Assembly: GCA_016906335.1 (NCBI GenBank)
Contig: JADEYG010000003.1
Location: 434,001-498,000 of the forward strand
Length of the DNA: 64,000 nt
Direction of reading: 5' to 3'
Origin: Novakomyces olei
Taxonomy: Eukaryota
Of the stretch, positions 23,552 through 37,298 are shown piece after piece. Positions within the stretch are counted from its first letter, which is position 1. Each line of letters starts with the position of its first letter. A program made the position numbers and the translations under genes. The notes beneath the pieces were generated by a model, which did no database searches, was not told where the DNA came from, and saw nothing but the letters and a program-made list of their open reading frames with translations.

Positions 23552-26508
23552 ATGCTAGAGATCGAAGCCCAATACTTCCGCGACAAAAAGGGCCGGCAAG
23601 TGCGTATACGTGCCCTGAATTTCTCGGGCGAAGGCAAATACCCAAGCGTCCCCGATCTGCCGAGCTATGAACGCCGTGACTTCTTCACGGGGGACAACGT
23701 TTCCTTCGTGTCGCGGCCAGTTGCCCTGCAAGACGCAGACGAGCATTTTGCACGGATCAAGTCTTGGGGGTTTAATGCAATTCGCCTTATCATAACTTGG
23801 GAGGCAATTGAGCACTCTGCGCCGTAATAATTAATGGGGGTTTGACTGACGATACTAACGTGCTACAAAGGAGCGTTTACGACGAGGAATATATAGAGTA
23901 CATCGTTTCACTGCTCAAAGTGTGCCGCAACCACGGTCTTTACGTTATCATGGACCCTCATCAGGATGTGGTACGAGTTAATCTGCTATTCACGCTTTTG
24001 TTTTGTTTTGTTTTGTTTTGTTTTGTTTTGTTTTGTTTTGTTTTGTTTTGTTTTTGTTTTTGTTTGTATTTTTATTTTTAATTTTAATTTTATGTTTATT
24101 TTATTTTTGATATTTTACCTGCGTGTGCTGCTTGAAACACGACTCCCAATTGCATCGATTTCCGAGCGATTTACGGGTACAAAGCGTGTTTACCTTTTTC
24201 CGACTGTTTGTTCCTGTCTTGTATCAGCGGCCTTTGTTTCCGAGACCCAATATTTACGTCTCCAGCCTCGCTGCTATCTCTATTTCATTCATGTGATATT
24301 TCTCCTCCAAATACCCGGCTAACAAACCTGCAACTGGTAGTGGTCGCGATTTTGTGGTGGATCTGGTATGCCCCTGTGGACACTGTATGCTGCCGGTCTC
24401 AACCCTCTGTCTTTCCTGGACACGGATGCTGCTCTTGTACAAAACACGTGGCCCGACCCGAGCAAGTTCCCGCGGATGATTTGGGCTACAAACTACCATC
24501 GGCTGGCCTGTGCTACCATGTTTACCCTTTTCTTTGCCGGCCGTGATCTGGCTCCACGGGCAACACTCAATAATGGAGAGAATATACAGGATTTTCTTGA
24601 AACGCATTTTATTGCGGCTATTGCGCATCTGGCAAAGGCAATAGTTGATTGCGAGGACGGAAATTTAGCTGATGATGTAATTCTCGGCTGGGAAAACATG
24701 AATGAGCCTAATATGGGGTATTGCGGCCATCCTAACATTGCGACTATCCCCAAAAGCCAAAAGCTAAGGCTCGGCAGCACGCCGACGGCTTTTGCTCAAA
24801 TGATGCTTGGTTCCGGGTACGCGTGTACAGTAGACGAGTATGAGATTGCTATTACTGGGCCCTACAGGGCGAGGACTGTTACTATAGATCCTATGGGTGC
24901 CTCCGCCTGGCTTCCACGTGGATTTGACGATTCACAGTACGGGTGGACTCGGGATAAAACTTGGCAATTGGGCCGGTGCCTATGGGCCCAGCACGGAGTC
25001 TGGGATGTCGAGTCACAGACGCTTTTGAAACCGGATTATTTTGCGAATGATTCGAGCGGGAAACCGTTCACTGAGCAAGATCTGTTTATGAGGCATTTCC
25101 GCAGGTACCGCGAGGCTATTAGAGCCGTTCAGCCAAAGTGCATTTTGTTTTGCCAGCCGCCGACAATGTCGGTGCCTCCAGTCCTGCAGGAGTCTGACAA
25201 GGATGGGAGGATCGTTTACTCGCCTCATTTCTATGATGGCATAACGTTGATGCTCAAGAAATGGTAGAGTTGTTTACTATATATCTGTTCTCGTAACTAA
25301 CTATTTCCGCAGGAGCCGAATTTGGAACATTGACGTTCTCGGTGTCCTTCGCGGCAAATACTGGTCTCCAGTCTTTGCTCTCAGATTTGGTGAGAGGGCA
25401 ATACGCAATACGCTCAAGTCACAGCTCGAAACTATGCGTCAGGAAGGTCTTGATGCCTTTGGAGACTGTCCTTTTGTTCTTACAGAGACCGGAATGCCGT
25501 TTGACTTGGACGATAAAAAGTCTTACACTACTGGCGACTATTCAAACCAAATAGATGCGCTGGATGCTATTTTTTACGCCCTCGAAGGTGCAAACTTGGA
25601 CTTTGCTCTATGGACATACTCCGCCCTGGTAGGTTGATTGTTCTCTGGATGAAGATTGTTCGCTGTCCCTTGTTTGAATGCTTTTTTTTTTTGGTGGCAT
25701 GCTTTGTCTCTGTCTGCAATCGCTCACTCCTATATTCCAATGGTCTTTCCATCTTTTTCTCTTTTTTTTTCACCTGTTTTACCTTTTTCTATTTTGCTAT
25801 TGCTCTTTTTCTCTCTTCTTTCTTTTCTCTACTTTTCACAATTTAGTCATTATCTTGAATATCAATTCCTAATCTAATGCAAAGAACACCAACGAGTTTG
25901 GGGATAATTGGAACGGTGAAGATTTCAGTCTGTATTCCCTCAGCAATGTACTGGGCTCAGACTCGGAAGATTCAGCTTCTGCACTTGTGGAGACAGGAAG
26001 CACTTCGACCCTCTACCAGGGAAACAATAACGGTGACGGATCTGATGGCAGCAGTATCGGCAAGCAATCTGCTCAGCCGACTGCAGACTTGAACGCTGAC
26101 GCCTTTTATTCATTTCCTCTCCTTGCAAAACCAAACCCCTTTGATGGCTGTCGGGCGCAGGAAGCTTACTTGAGACCTGCGCCTATTTTCACGGTCGGCA
26201 CAGTATGCACTTTTTCTTTCAACATTGTTACTACTGCTTTTGCTCTCGATATTGAAGGCGATGGAGAATCGTTGGCGGACAACCTTAAATCTCCGCCTAC
26301 CGGGATTTACGTGCCCCGGTTCCATTATCCGGGCCCGCTTGAAATCACCATGAGCTCGGGAGAGTGCGTGCATATTCCTTCTCTGCAATTGATCAAATGG
26401 TGGCACGGACCGGGCGAGCAGCACATTACAATCTCGAGCAAATTGGGAGGGTCTGTACAGGCGTCTAGCAGTAGCAGCAGTAGTGCCCTCGACCAGGGTC
26501 AGCAGTAG
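23552..26508 (+). CDS. GH5 endoglycoceramidase-related protein (EGCrP/Egh1-like sterylglucosidase or glucocerebrosidase); join(23552..23823,23871..23970,24341..25263,25313..25628,25885..26508), ~744 aa
   Basis: TWEAIEH, MDPHQDVWSRFCGGSG, catalytic NEP and TETG, GDNWNGEDFS; four in-phase introns. Confidence 0.9.
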
Positions 26509-26996
26509 TATACAGGCCTTGAGTGTTTTGCCGATTTGTTTTACATATCCCGTTATAAGCATTCTGTTGTTCATTGGTCTCTTGTCTAGTGTGTTTATTG
26601 GTTTGTCTTTTTCTTTTTTTTTTTGTGTTCTCTTTTTCTGTTCTTTTCTTCTGTTCTTTTTGTTTTCTCTTGTTTAGGCTTTTGTGTGTTTCTTCATTTA
26701 CCTGTGTATTTTCTACATTTATTACTGTGCTCCTTTACCACTCTACGATATCTGTGAATTATATTTTTGGCTATTTACTCTACAGCTTTGCCCTGTATCT
26801 TTTGTGTCATATACCTCGATCCCCGGGACAACAGTATCCACGAGCCTTCTGGTGTTCTTGGCCGGTTGTTAACGGTCTGTGTTCTACTGTTCATTGCTCT
26901 AGTCCTTTACCTTTTATAAATATATCAATATCAAGTCCGCATTACCCGTCCCCAGACGAATTTTAAATTGTACACTGCCCAAATTTCTTGCCCGCT

Positions 26997-27579
26997 CTAC
27001 CTGATCCGATTCCTGATAGACTCTGGCAGTTCCAGCCCGACGCGCCGGGCAGTAAGTCTTATTTTTTCATCAACTTCGAGACCGGCAGTAGGATTGTACC
27101 GTTCAAGTAGCATCTGATAAGTGCGCTGACTTCTCCAGAAAAGCAAAAGGTCTTTTGCTTGTTTCAGCGACAAGTGCGGATCTTTCGGAGGAGCAGAAAA
27201 CTCTTCACGCAGCCATTTACGGAGCCGTGGGCCGTTGTCACTGGGAGGCTGTAGCCGTGCCAGTTTTTGTAAGGGCGCTGACAACGGCTGTTGCGGTAAG
27301 GCCTTTAAAATGAATTAGCTGTTTGTTCTTTATTTCTAAGCCTAAATCAAAGAAGATATAGTCTTGGCTGTCCGCTGACAAAACGGTCAACAGGTCTTGC
27401 AAGGATCATTGCATACCTTCAAAGAGTCTTGAAAAGGAAGAAGAGTCTTGAAGAACTCGAAAAGGACAAACAATCATGCAAAAAAAAATTGGGAAAAAAA
27501 AAGTCATCCATCGTACCGAGAAATTAAGTTCGCGTAGCAGCGACCGGTAAAGGTGCCTCGCTTCTGGCGTCAAAGACAT
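26997..27579 (-). CDS. FMC1: Mitochondrial ATP synthase assembly factor Fmc1; complement(join(26997..27302,27517..27579))
   Basis: LYRSLLREL (LYR motif) and LLERYNP...IRLTARRVGL C-terminus. Confidence 0.85.
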
Positions 27580-28689
27580 TGGTATCGGAGAGACGTTGAG
27601 GAGATCGATTTAATTACTGTAAATAATAATTATTGTTAGCAGTGGCTATTAATATTAACAATTTTAATATTAATGTTTGCAATATATTATATTTTTAAAT
27701 TTAATATATGCAATATTAATCTTTGCAATATACGGTTGTGCCGCGTCTCATTACTACATATTATAAATTTCCATTGCATTACTTGACCAGAATACGACGA
27801 GAGGTCTACGTACTACTTGCAAGTGTTGGATATCGCGGTCAGAGTCAAAATTTGATGCAATTAGCTTATTGAGAGAAACGAACGGGAAAAGAACCGAAAT
27901 TTAGAAATGCAAGGCTGTAATGAACTGCACCAATTAATATAGACCCAATTGAAAGTCGTAATTGTGCTTTACCTACGACACTGGGAGATCATCTGCAATA
28001 GATCTGGAGAGTCTACAGTGGATCTACAGAGTTCTAAAAAGAGTGTTTAGGCAAAGTATCTAGTTGTAATTGAATAATATAAAAATTAGAAATTAATGGA
28101 ATATGAAAAAAGTAATAGACAAGAAGGTTTAGAAATATTAACGGAGGCATATTAAGGCAAAAAGGCACTTTAGCCAGAATGCGACTCCATATTAATCCCG
28201 GGGAAAGAGGTACCATTTCAACAAACCAGCACGGGAACCATACGGCGGCAAAACATTATTATTTGGTTGTTTAAAGATTATACCACATTAGAACCATATG
28301 CGTTTTGGTTACATTTGCCCCTTTTTCACGAAATGGCCCCGTCGTCGATGTTGTATGAAACGGTTTCTTTCCCGCGCAAATTAAAGGCATATCCAACAAC
28401 ATTAAAAAGGAAATATAAATTATTAATAATAAAATAAAAACGTGTTGAATATGTCATTAACGAGTTTGTATTGTCACACCCTGGCCATAATATTGCTTTC
28501 AACACCCGTCCCATTGTATTTTTTTTAAAGAAATAAAAAACGATCAAGATAACCGTTTCATAACATTAATGGATCACTCCAAATATTCCAACATTAGATG
28601 CTCGCATTCATAAAAATTAAAGACGATCTTTCAAAAGAAAAAGAAGCAAAAAAGGATCAAGGCCTTTTTATACAAAAAAAGATCGCACT

Positions 28690-31473
28690 CTAATGTTCCT
28701 TCTCGTGCTGAGTAGAAGTACGTTGTAGTTGTACAACAAAGTCCTCGAGAGAACGGCCATTCTTCTTCTTGATGGGCTCTCCGTGCATGAGACGGTCGAA
28801 ACCAGACGACTCGGCGAGCAAGTAGTAAGCACCAGCCATAACGCAGAAAATGCCAAAAGAAAACAGCCAGACACGGACAACAGTGACGATAGAGGTCTGA
28901 CGGAATCCACGGGGCATGGCAGAGAACCAACCAAAGATGGTGAAGAAGGTGGCAATGATATCGACGATAAGCACAGCACCAGACAACTGCCATGAGGGAA
29001 TAGACGACCAGAAAGGACCGTTGGCACGGGTGACGAAAATAAGCCAGTTCTCAGTGAGCGAAATTTCCAGGAAAAGAACCAAGTCTTGTACACCAAAGTT
29101 CTGCACGATACCACGGGTGTTGGTTTGCGAGTGAGGATGGTGGGCAATCATGGTAGTGTTACAGATCCAGGTTCCGATGGCCAACAGAATACCAATAAAA
29201 GTGGAGAGACCCCAAAGACGAGGCAAGTTCCACTTGACTGGCTTCATGCTGTAAGGCGCATTGTCGTAGGCAATAGCCAGGGTGGCAACATCAGCGAAAA
29301 TGGCGATAAAGACAATGAGTTCCAGAGTGAGCGATTCATTCAAAATGACAATCCACAGACCCAAAAAGATCTCAAGATGGAGAGACAGAGCGATACGGTA
29401 CACGACATACGAGTACATACGATGGAAAATTTGACGAGAAGTCTTGAGGGCATCGATAATAGCAGACAGACCAGGGGCAAGGAAGACAATATCAGCGGCA
29501 GACCGGGCAGCATCGGAGGCACCCTCCACAGCAATACCAGTATCAGCCTTCTTCAACGAGGGAGCATCGTTTACACCGTCACCAGTCATGGCAACGAGGT
29601 AGCCACGCTGTTGCAAAATCTCCACGACATTGTACTTGTGCTGGGGGAAAACTTCAGCAAAACCATCAGCAGCCTCAACGAAATCATAAACCTCAGAGCC
29701 GGGCATGTCTCCTCCACCACCGAGACCGAGACGTTCAGCATTGTACACATTTGTTCCCATTCCCAGTTGGCGAGCGGTTTCCTTGGCGATACCAACGGCA
29801 TCACCAGTAAGCATCTTAATACGGAGACCAAGGCGGATAGCTTCGTTGATTGTGCGGGCAGTATCGTGACGAGGAGGATCAGAGCAAGGCATAATACCCA
29901 TAATCTGCCAGTTTTCATCACCGACTTTGCGGGCAACACCAAGAGAACGGAATCCACGGGAAGCAAACTCTGCTACTTTGTCCTTGTAAGCGTTGTCAAT
30001 TGCCTCGGGGATAGGATGGTCTTCTTCGACAGTCTTGAGCACGAAAAGGGGAGCACCCTTGACACAGGTAATGCGTACACCCTCAGGCGACTCGACAATG
30101 GCAGTAATCTTCTTGGAAACGGGGTCAAAAGGATGGAAATCAAGAACCTTGTACTTCGTCAAAGCAGCCTTGGGTCCGGGGTAGTACTTGAGAGACTTCA
30201 AAAAGGCCTTGTCAATGGCGTCAAGACCCTTCTTCTTGCGAGAGGCAGCCAAGCAGGCAGTCAACATGAGATCATCGGGAGAAACACCCTCGACAGTGTA
30301 GGGCTCAGCGAGCGACAGCTTGTTCTTGGTCAATGTACCAGTCTTGTCAGAGCAGAGGATTTCCACACCGGCTAAAGATTCAATGGCCGACAGCTTTTGC
30401 ACGATAGCCTTCTTCTTGGCCAAGTAAGCGGCACCGACAGCCATGGTCGTAGTGACGACAGCGGGCAGACCGACGGGGACACCAATGATAGTGATGGCCA
30501 GAGTGTACTCCAAGAGCGTGACAATAGAATCAGAGCGGTAGAACGAGCCGATGTATACAACGAGCAGAGTGGCAATAACGAGAACCAGCAAGATTGTACC
30601 GATACCGTTCAACACTTCCGTAAAGTGACCACTTCCACCAGAGGCCTGGGACACAAGCGAGGCAGCGCGACCGACAAAAGTGGAGTCACCAGTGGCAGTA
30701 ACGACCATGAAGGCCTCACCACGCTTAACGGTAGAAGAAGCAAAAGTCTGGTCGCCTTTGGTCTTTTCAACAGCCAAAGACTCACCAGTAATAGCAGACT
30801 GATCGACTTGCAAGTGGCAGTCTTCGGTGACGAGACGGCCATCAGCGGGGATAATAGTACCTTCCTCGAGCTGGAGGATATCGCCAGGAACAACCTCGGG
30901 AGCCTCGATTTCAACGAGGCCGCCGTTGCGGAGAACAGTGGCCTTGAGGGCAAGAGTCTTCTTCAACTCCTCGACAATGGAACCAGCCTGGAACTCTTGG
31001 ATAAAACCGACACAAGCGTTAAGCATAAGCAGACCGCAGATAACACCGAAATCGACCCAGTCCTGCAGACCGGCAGCGAGAATAGCAGCAGCCTCCATGA
31101 CAAACTGGATAGGACCGACAAAGAACATAACAAACTTAAGGACAAGATTCTCCTTCTCCTCCTTCATTTGATTCAGACCGTACTTGCGGCGGCGAGCAGT
31201 CACCTCCGCATCAGTCAGACCAACACGGGTATCGGTTTGCAAAAGCTCTTCGGGAACTGGACGGGCCATACCGGCACCGACATTCTCCTCATCGTCATCG
31301 TCATCTTCAGCCGCATCCTGAGAGAACAGCTCCTCAATGAGGGCATCCATGTCCTCATCCTCGTCGTCGTCCGCAGCAGGAGCGGGTTTCTTGTTGGCAC
31401 CGCCCTGACCGATATAGTCATGCGGCTGTTGGCCGCCGTGAGGCGCCTGAGCCTTTTCAGCTTCGTGAGACAT
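28690..31473 (-). CDS. PMA1: Plasma membrane H+-ATPase (P3A)
   Basis: 927 aa single ORF; CSDKTGT, KGAP, TGES and [10 protein letters not shown] motifs; strong codon bias. Confidence 0.98.
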   Translation of the reverse strand: MSHEAEKAQAPHGGQQPHDYIGQGGANKKPAPAADDDEDEDMDALIEELFSQDAAEDDDDDEENVGAGMARPVPEELLQTDTRVGLTDAEVTARRRKYGLNQMKEEKENLVLKFVMFFVGPIQFVMEAAAILAAGLQDWVDFGVICGLLMLNACVGFIQEFQAGSIVEELKKTLALKATVLRNGGLVEIEAPEVVPGDILQLEEGTIIPADGRLVTEDCHLQVDQSAITGESLAVEKTKGDQTFASSTVKRGEAFMVVTATGDSTFVGRAASLVSQASGGSGHFTEVLNGIGTILLVLVIATLLVVYIGSFYRSDSIVTLLEYTLAITIIGVPVGLPAVVTTTMAVGAAYLAKKKAIVQKLSAIESLAGVEILCSDKTGTLTKNKLSLAEPYTVEGVSPDDLMLTACLAASRKKKGLDAIDKAFLKSLKYYPGPKAALTKYKVLDFHPFDPVSKKITAIVESPEGVRITCVKGAPLFVLKTVEEDHPIPEAIDNAYKDKVAEFASRGFRSLGVARKVGDENWQIMGIMPCSDPPRHDTARTINEAIRLGLRIKMLTGDAVGIAKETARQLGMGTNVYNAERLGLGGGGDMPGSEVYDFVEAADGFAEVFPQHKYNVVEILQQRGYLVAMTGDGVNDAPSLKKADTGIAVEGASDAARSAADIVFLAPGLSAIIDALKTSRQIFHRMYSYVVYRIALSLHLEIFLGLWIVILNESLTLELIVFIAIFADVATLAIAYDNAPYSMKPVKWNLPRLWGLSTFIGILLAIGTWICNTTMIAHHPHSQTNTRGIVQNFGVQDLVLFLEISLTENWLIFVTRANGPFWSSIPSWQLSGAVLIVDIIATFFTIFGWFSAMPRGFRQTSIVTVVRVWLFSFGIFCVMAGAYYLLAESSGFDRLMHGEPIKKKNGRSLEDFVVQLQRTSTQHEKEH

Positions 31474-32924
31474 TATGAATTGCCTGAATTGAATTAGTCA
31501 ATGACACTTGGAATGCTTTGTTTGCCAACGGGTCACAGTCGATTACAGACGACAACACACAACACGGAAAGAGCGGCAATCTTAAATTTTAAAGACGAAA
31601 AGCTGGTGATTACTTGGACAAAATAACCAAGTCTGAATCGGGATTTAATGGGTATATCAAAAGGGTTCCAAACGGCGTAAACGGATGTGTTCCGCGACGA
31701 CCGTTATAAAAATAAACACTGATATAGGGGAAAAAAAGGTACCAATGACGACGATGTTTCAAGTAGAACTAGAGAACATTCAAAATGATAATATTAGAGG
31801 AAAGGGAATATTAGTGGGAACGGAAGCGGCCGGACAAGTAACCTGGACAATCAAGACCAAGTTAATGCATTCTGGACGCCATTGCCTTCATATCAAAAGC
31901 ATCCGGTACACTCCGTAATGCCGTTGAAAGCAAAACACACCTGTCCGGCCCGCAAAAACCCTATAATATTTTGACTGTTTACACGGCAACCCGAGCCAGC
32001 CAATCAGGAGAGAGTATTAAAAGATAGAGAATAGGGGAGACATATAACGGCGAAAAGAATAATAAGCCGATGTTTACCGAAAAGGGTAATGGAATAAAGT
32101 AATAAAAATCCAAAAGAAAGCGAATTTCGCCACTGCAGCCAAACTTGAGCGGCAGAGTGATGACCGCGCGGATGAAGACGGAAAACAAAAGAAGCATATA
32201 TTCTAATCAATTAAAGGTTTAAAATGTTGTGTGTGTGTAGCTGAACATTGATTGAAATCTGTGACCCGCTTCCGCTCAAGTCCGAGCAGACAGCGTAAAC
32301 AGGACAATTGCCGTCGCAGTTTGCGCCGCTGCCCGAAATCGTGAAGCGCCAGATTGACGACGAGGAAATGCCGTCAATCAATCATTAAGCTTACCTTGAT
32401 CAAAGCAAACAATGTCTGCGACCGAGCAAGATTGCGATGGTCCAATGCAACAAAATGCAGGCCTAAGTGCGAGATGGTTAGTCGAGGGTATTTATATATA
32501 AAATTTATGATTGAGCCATGTGTTTCCTAATCCGTGCACCTCCGGTGCAATAATTAAAAAGGACCAAAACAATAAACAGATAAAACAGAAAAAATGTTAA
32601 AACACTTGTATCCATAGTGACGGGTCGATGCCGGCCCTTAATATTTGTAGAACACTGTTCAATGGAATGTAGTCTCTGGCAAATGTATGCATTCATCCCG
32701 ATGACAGGTAACGACAAAATGATACAATAATAATAATATATAATAGAATATCGCATAATAAGCGTCATACTGTACCGGATTCATACACAATGGCTGCAAA
32801 TTGTTGGGCAAAAGCTTACCTTAGAACTACCAACAGTAGCACGAATGTAAAGAAAGGGACGAAGGTACGGAGACCTTGAAGGAAGAGGAACGAAAAGAGT
32901 TGGCTTTGGTCGAGAGGACTCAAG

Positions 32925-32936
32925 ACTTATATATAT
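32925..32936 (-). promoter_or_regulatory. Putative TATA box for PMA1
   Basis: TATATATAAG on the minus strand, followed by a pyrimidine-rich leader and a GTAAGC donor at 32819. Confidence 0.5.
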
Positions 32937-35096
32937 GCTCAGATTGATAGCCCGGCAAACTCAAGCTGTGCACTAACAGGCTAGCAACGGTACGGCGAAG
33001 TGATAAAAACAGAAAGATAATCCTAATAACAAAGGCGTGAGACGGCGAATTAAACCAGATGAAGATACCTGATTAAGTCGTCTAGTGTATCGGCAAGCTA
33101 GCAACGACCTTGTTTATTGTTTACATTTTTATGTAATATTAATAACGAGTTACAGGAGGATTAAACCGTAGAATAGAAAATGTATATTACTTGGGATTTG
33201 CCCTCTAACCGGCTACAGCGCAAGTGGGCAGGCCACTCGTACCTTTTTATTCCGTTGCTATGCAGCTTGCCACGTTTTATATGTAGGAGATATAATCGGT
33301 AGACAAATTGAGAATCTAATGCAATTTTCATAAACTACCCATTTGGGTTCATTACGGCGGTGTAAACAAATCGGCACCGCCGGCGCCAGGTCTTAAACCC
33401 TACCGGTGTCCTCCAGCGTTATTATCAAGCCGGCGCGGAAATAAGTCGCAACTTCCGAGTACATTGTGAGCCCTGCTTTTGTTTACCTCGACAACAGATA
33501 ATACTTTTAAGAGCCAGTAAATGCTAATTGCCACTGCTTAGACGATTTCCATATAAACGTTAGTATAGGAAACTTTAAATGTAGATTAGGGTCCAGCCGT
33601 GTACCTGCTTTCAATACTCATTATCTATTCGCCATTCCACCTATATCTAGTTGCAAATTCAGCACTGCATGTTCACTACGATCATTGAGTTAGTCAGGAT
33701 GTGTTTGTAATCTGATCTCGACTGCTGCTATCTATAAAATCTTCAAAAATATTTCAATGTCAACAAATGACCATGATTTAGATTCAAAGCTTTACGGTAT
33801 CGTAAATAGCGCTATATTGCATCTCAGGCAGAACCTATCGCACATACTCAATTGGCTACGTAATACAGTGTGCAGTTGACGTTTAATTAAAAAATGTCGA
33901 TCCAGGAATACTATTGGCTACGGATGTAAGGCGGACCGTTACCATGGTTACAAAGCCGTGGAATCGGCGTTTATCCAGCCAACGGCAAGCAAACATGCAT
34001 TTATTGGATGTACCAAACTGGCGAAGGTTACCGATGTCGGTCCTAAGAAGGCATTAACTTGTAACGCTCTTTTATTTTATAGCCGCGTTAGATCGTGGGA
34101 GCGTTGCCGCCCTGCACAGATAGGGCCAATTTTCTCCTTTCCGGCTATGATTGGACTAGTGGTCACGGATGAGCCGACCTATTCGAAAATAAATGTCTGG
34201 ATCAATTTTGTTTGCCGATCAACTGCTAAGCTGATTGAATTAGTGTTAAGCTTTTGTAATACAGTAAAGTGATGAAGAGTTCGTGTCGCTACGTCGATCC
34301 AGAAACTAATATTTAATAATCTTATTATCGATTAAACTTTTATTGTAGAGGCCAAAGTCTATTGATGACTATCAGCGATATTTAACTACGCGTACAGATT
34401 CGATTAGTCGTCTAATTAGATTATTGCCATGTCCAACTAGGCTATGGCAAACATATATCAGATCACTGCAAAATTGCCAATGGCAGGTCTGAGACTAATA
34501 GCTTTGTTGTTTCATCGAACGGTCACCCTATCATCCACGAGTTGTGCAGTACGAGGCGTCCCTATCGTAACGTACTAATATGGGGTTCGGTTCGCTGTTT
34601 GTTTACGATAAGAATTTAGATCTAAAGCGCGGCAAAAGCAAATAATCGTGACAATTTATACACCAAATGGATAAAACGTTGGAAAAACGAGTAGAATCCT
34701 GACTCGAGCCAATGGCACATTGTGATAAGCTTTAAACAAATGATTTGTTGCCATCTGACTGAACTTCACTCTGCCGAAAGTCATATGATAGAAGGCCTTC
34801 TGATTGGAGGGTTGGAACTGTTTACAAGGATAGAGGTACAATAAGAGGGTAAAGTAAATTGAACTTGGACCTCTTAGAAATTAAGATGCGTCAATTGTGT
34901 AATATAACTGTCATCAATTTCTGGAGATAAGCAATACAGCCATATAAAAAACAAACTCAATATATTATAGTGTCAAGTAATATTAGTCAAATAATACTAG
35001 TCAAATTGTCCTATGACAGTATTCAAATCATTCCAGTACAACTGTGCAATATTTCCAGACGGTCGTTACGATAGCTAAGTCCACGGCAACGCGCAA

Positions 35097-35631
35097 ATGA
35101 CACAATGGCAAGTCGTTAATGTCGCATATGGAACCCCGGATTGGGATCTGCTTAAACAGCTCCGGTTGGCCGTGTTTGTCCACGAACAGGGTTACAAAGA
35201 AGCCGATGAATTTGATGATTTGGACCAAGACGCGACACATTTGGCTATTTTCCAAGGTAATGGCACGACAAGGCACTGTGTCGCCACTTGTCGGTTGATT
35301 AAAGGGCCGAATTACTACAAGCTTGGGCGAATGGCCGCCGATCGTAGCTTACGTAATAAAGGTCTAGGCTCAGCAATCGTAAAGGAGGCCATACGCGTAA
35401 CTGCACAACATAATTTGCCCTTGATAAAGGCACATTCGCAAGTTCCAGCAATCCCGTTCTATCAAACCTTAGGGTTCCAGCCAGATGGCGACGAGTTCTT
35501 AGAAGACGGTAATTTTGCTTTTTATTGTCCAGAACAATATATATCTTTATTCTTAAATCACTCGCTTACAAACGTGCAAAGGTACCCCGCATAAACTTGT
35601 GACTGCATGGGTGGAACAAGCCCGCAGTTAG
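35097..35631 (+). CDS. GNAT N-acetyltransferase, ElaA/YjcF-like; join(35097..35508,35582..35631)
   Basis: LRLAVFVHEQG, DEFDDLD, KLGRMA, RNKGLG, HSQVPAIPFYQTLGF; splicing restores FLEDGTPH. Confidence 0.88.
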
Positions 35632-36074
35632 AGTGCAGACGTCGTATCGTAGCACAGTAAGCTGTGCTTATTTAAAGGAGGTTGTTGAATTGCCAATTCT
35701 TATCTACGCCAAACTCTAAAAGACAATCAAACAGCTCAGAGTCTGGGGCAGTACGTAAACAGCAATTACATTAGAGCACATGCCGTTACACTTTTAAACA
35801 GCATTTAGCTCAAATATGAAGCTTATATGTGGTGAATCTGTCAACTTCTATAATGACATATACTCATCATAAGATCATGTCTTCTGAGACAACCCAGTTT
35901 ATTTTCGCTAGTTACAATGTTCACCATGATAAATTTAATTATGTACATATGTATACCAAAAATTGTAATATGATTATAAGAATGAATATGACGACGTTCC
36001 CCAAAAACAGAAATATGAATGTATCATATCAAAAAGAAAATGTGAAATGTATCCAATCGAACAAGAGCTTAAAT

Positions 36075-37298
36075 CTAGCACGCTCCGTCCGCATCAATCC
36101 CTCCAGAAAGGTTAAAATTATGCGATGAAGCATTAGACCAGAACCGGGAAAAAAGTCCAAGTTTCTTGCGCATCGGTGTAGTCGGAATCTGTACTGCAGC
36201 AACCATTGACTGTTTTGCGCCAGGAGAAGTGGTCATATACACATTTTCTCCGGGTATCGAGCGCGTAATTTGCTGCTGTTGCTGCAGTGGATTCATTGAT
36301 TCAAAAACAAAACTGCTGCTGCTTTCAATAGACAAAGAAGAGGCAGAAGAAGATGCAGATAGAGACGGCACCATAGCAGGGGGACTAGCATTATGAAGTC
36401 CATAGTGAGTCGCTAAATGAGAAGGGTATCTCGGTGTGGAATATAACATTTCAGGCTCATTCAAGCTTACTGAGGATTTCTGTCGACGATGATGTAGTGG
36501 GATTGATTGTACTTGCTGGGAACAGGAGACAGTGCGACCGTACGATCGAGTATTGTTCGCAGCTTGAGGGTGAGGTTGATGTGATCGAATAATTTGTCTG
36601 ACTGGTGTTAAAGGCGGAGTAGTCTGCTGACGCCGTGGATGCTCAGCTTCAATGCCAGATGGATGATAAACTGGCTGCTGCTGCTGCTGTTGTTGTTGTT
36701 GATAAAGAGACCGCTGTTCGTTCTGAAGCCTTTCTAATTTTGCTGCTTGAATAGGCGCTAAGAACGGAGCAAGAACTCTGTAAAGATCGTCATTGCTCAC
36801 GTGCAAGTCCCAGTCCAGGAGGAAGAGCAACTGCTTCTCCATCAAATTAACCTCTGCTAAAGAAAACAAGTGCGAGTACTTTGACCAGTGCTTATTTTTG
36901 GGCGAAGAATCATTCAAGTACTTTGCAGACAGAATAAGAGCAGCCAGGAAAACTCTGTGGCGCGTGCAAGCCATACCCTTGGCCATGCTTGGTAATTTAT
37001 GCTGAAGCCTCTCCAAGTACACCAACGTGGTCATTAACGTTGGGGTCTGTACGTTACTGTGCTCGCAGATCGTAACGATAAACTGCTCTAGTGAGGGAAG
37101 CATCCCTGCCAGAGGAGAAGCGTAGCATCCTGCTCCAGTAGGGGATTGAGGAGGTGAAGCTTGCTGGTAGCCTGGCGAAGGTACTAGCGTGTCTCCTGGG
37201 CACTTTATAACATTGGCCGCCTTGCGTGCCAAGTACACGACCATTTCGCGACTGACTGGGTACCGCACAAAGGTGTGCAGTGCCTGACGTTGAGACAT
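36075..37298 (-). CDS. Pho85 cyclin, Pcl1/Pcl2 family
   Basis: [51 protein letters not shown] and [10 protein letters not shown] cyclin-box motifs. Confidence 0.92.
   Translation of the reverse strand: MSQRQALHTFVRYPVSREMVVYLARKAANVIKCPGDTLVPSPGYQQASPPQSPTGAGCYASPLAGMLPSLEQFIVTICEHSNVQTPTLMTTLVYLERLQHKLPSMAKGMACTRHRVFLAALILSAKYLNDSSPKNKHWSKYSHLFSLAEVNLMEKQLLFLLDWDLHVSNDDLYRVLAPFLAPIQAAKLERLQNEQRSLYQQQQQQQQQPVYHPSGIEAEHPRRQQTTPPLTPVRQIIRSHQPHPQAANNTRSYGRTVSCSQQVQSIPLHHRRQKSSVSLNEPEMLYSTPRYPSHLATHYGLHNASPPAMVPSLSASSSASSLSIESSSSFVFESMNPLQQQQQITRSIPGENVYMTTSPGAKQSMVAAVQIPTTPMRKKLGLFSRFWSNASSHNFNLSGGIDADGAC

Noticed and set aside
29086-31497. Long antisense ORFs (429 and 366 aa) opposite PMA1
   Set aside because: These are shadow ORFs of a codon-biased gene, with no recognisable motifs.
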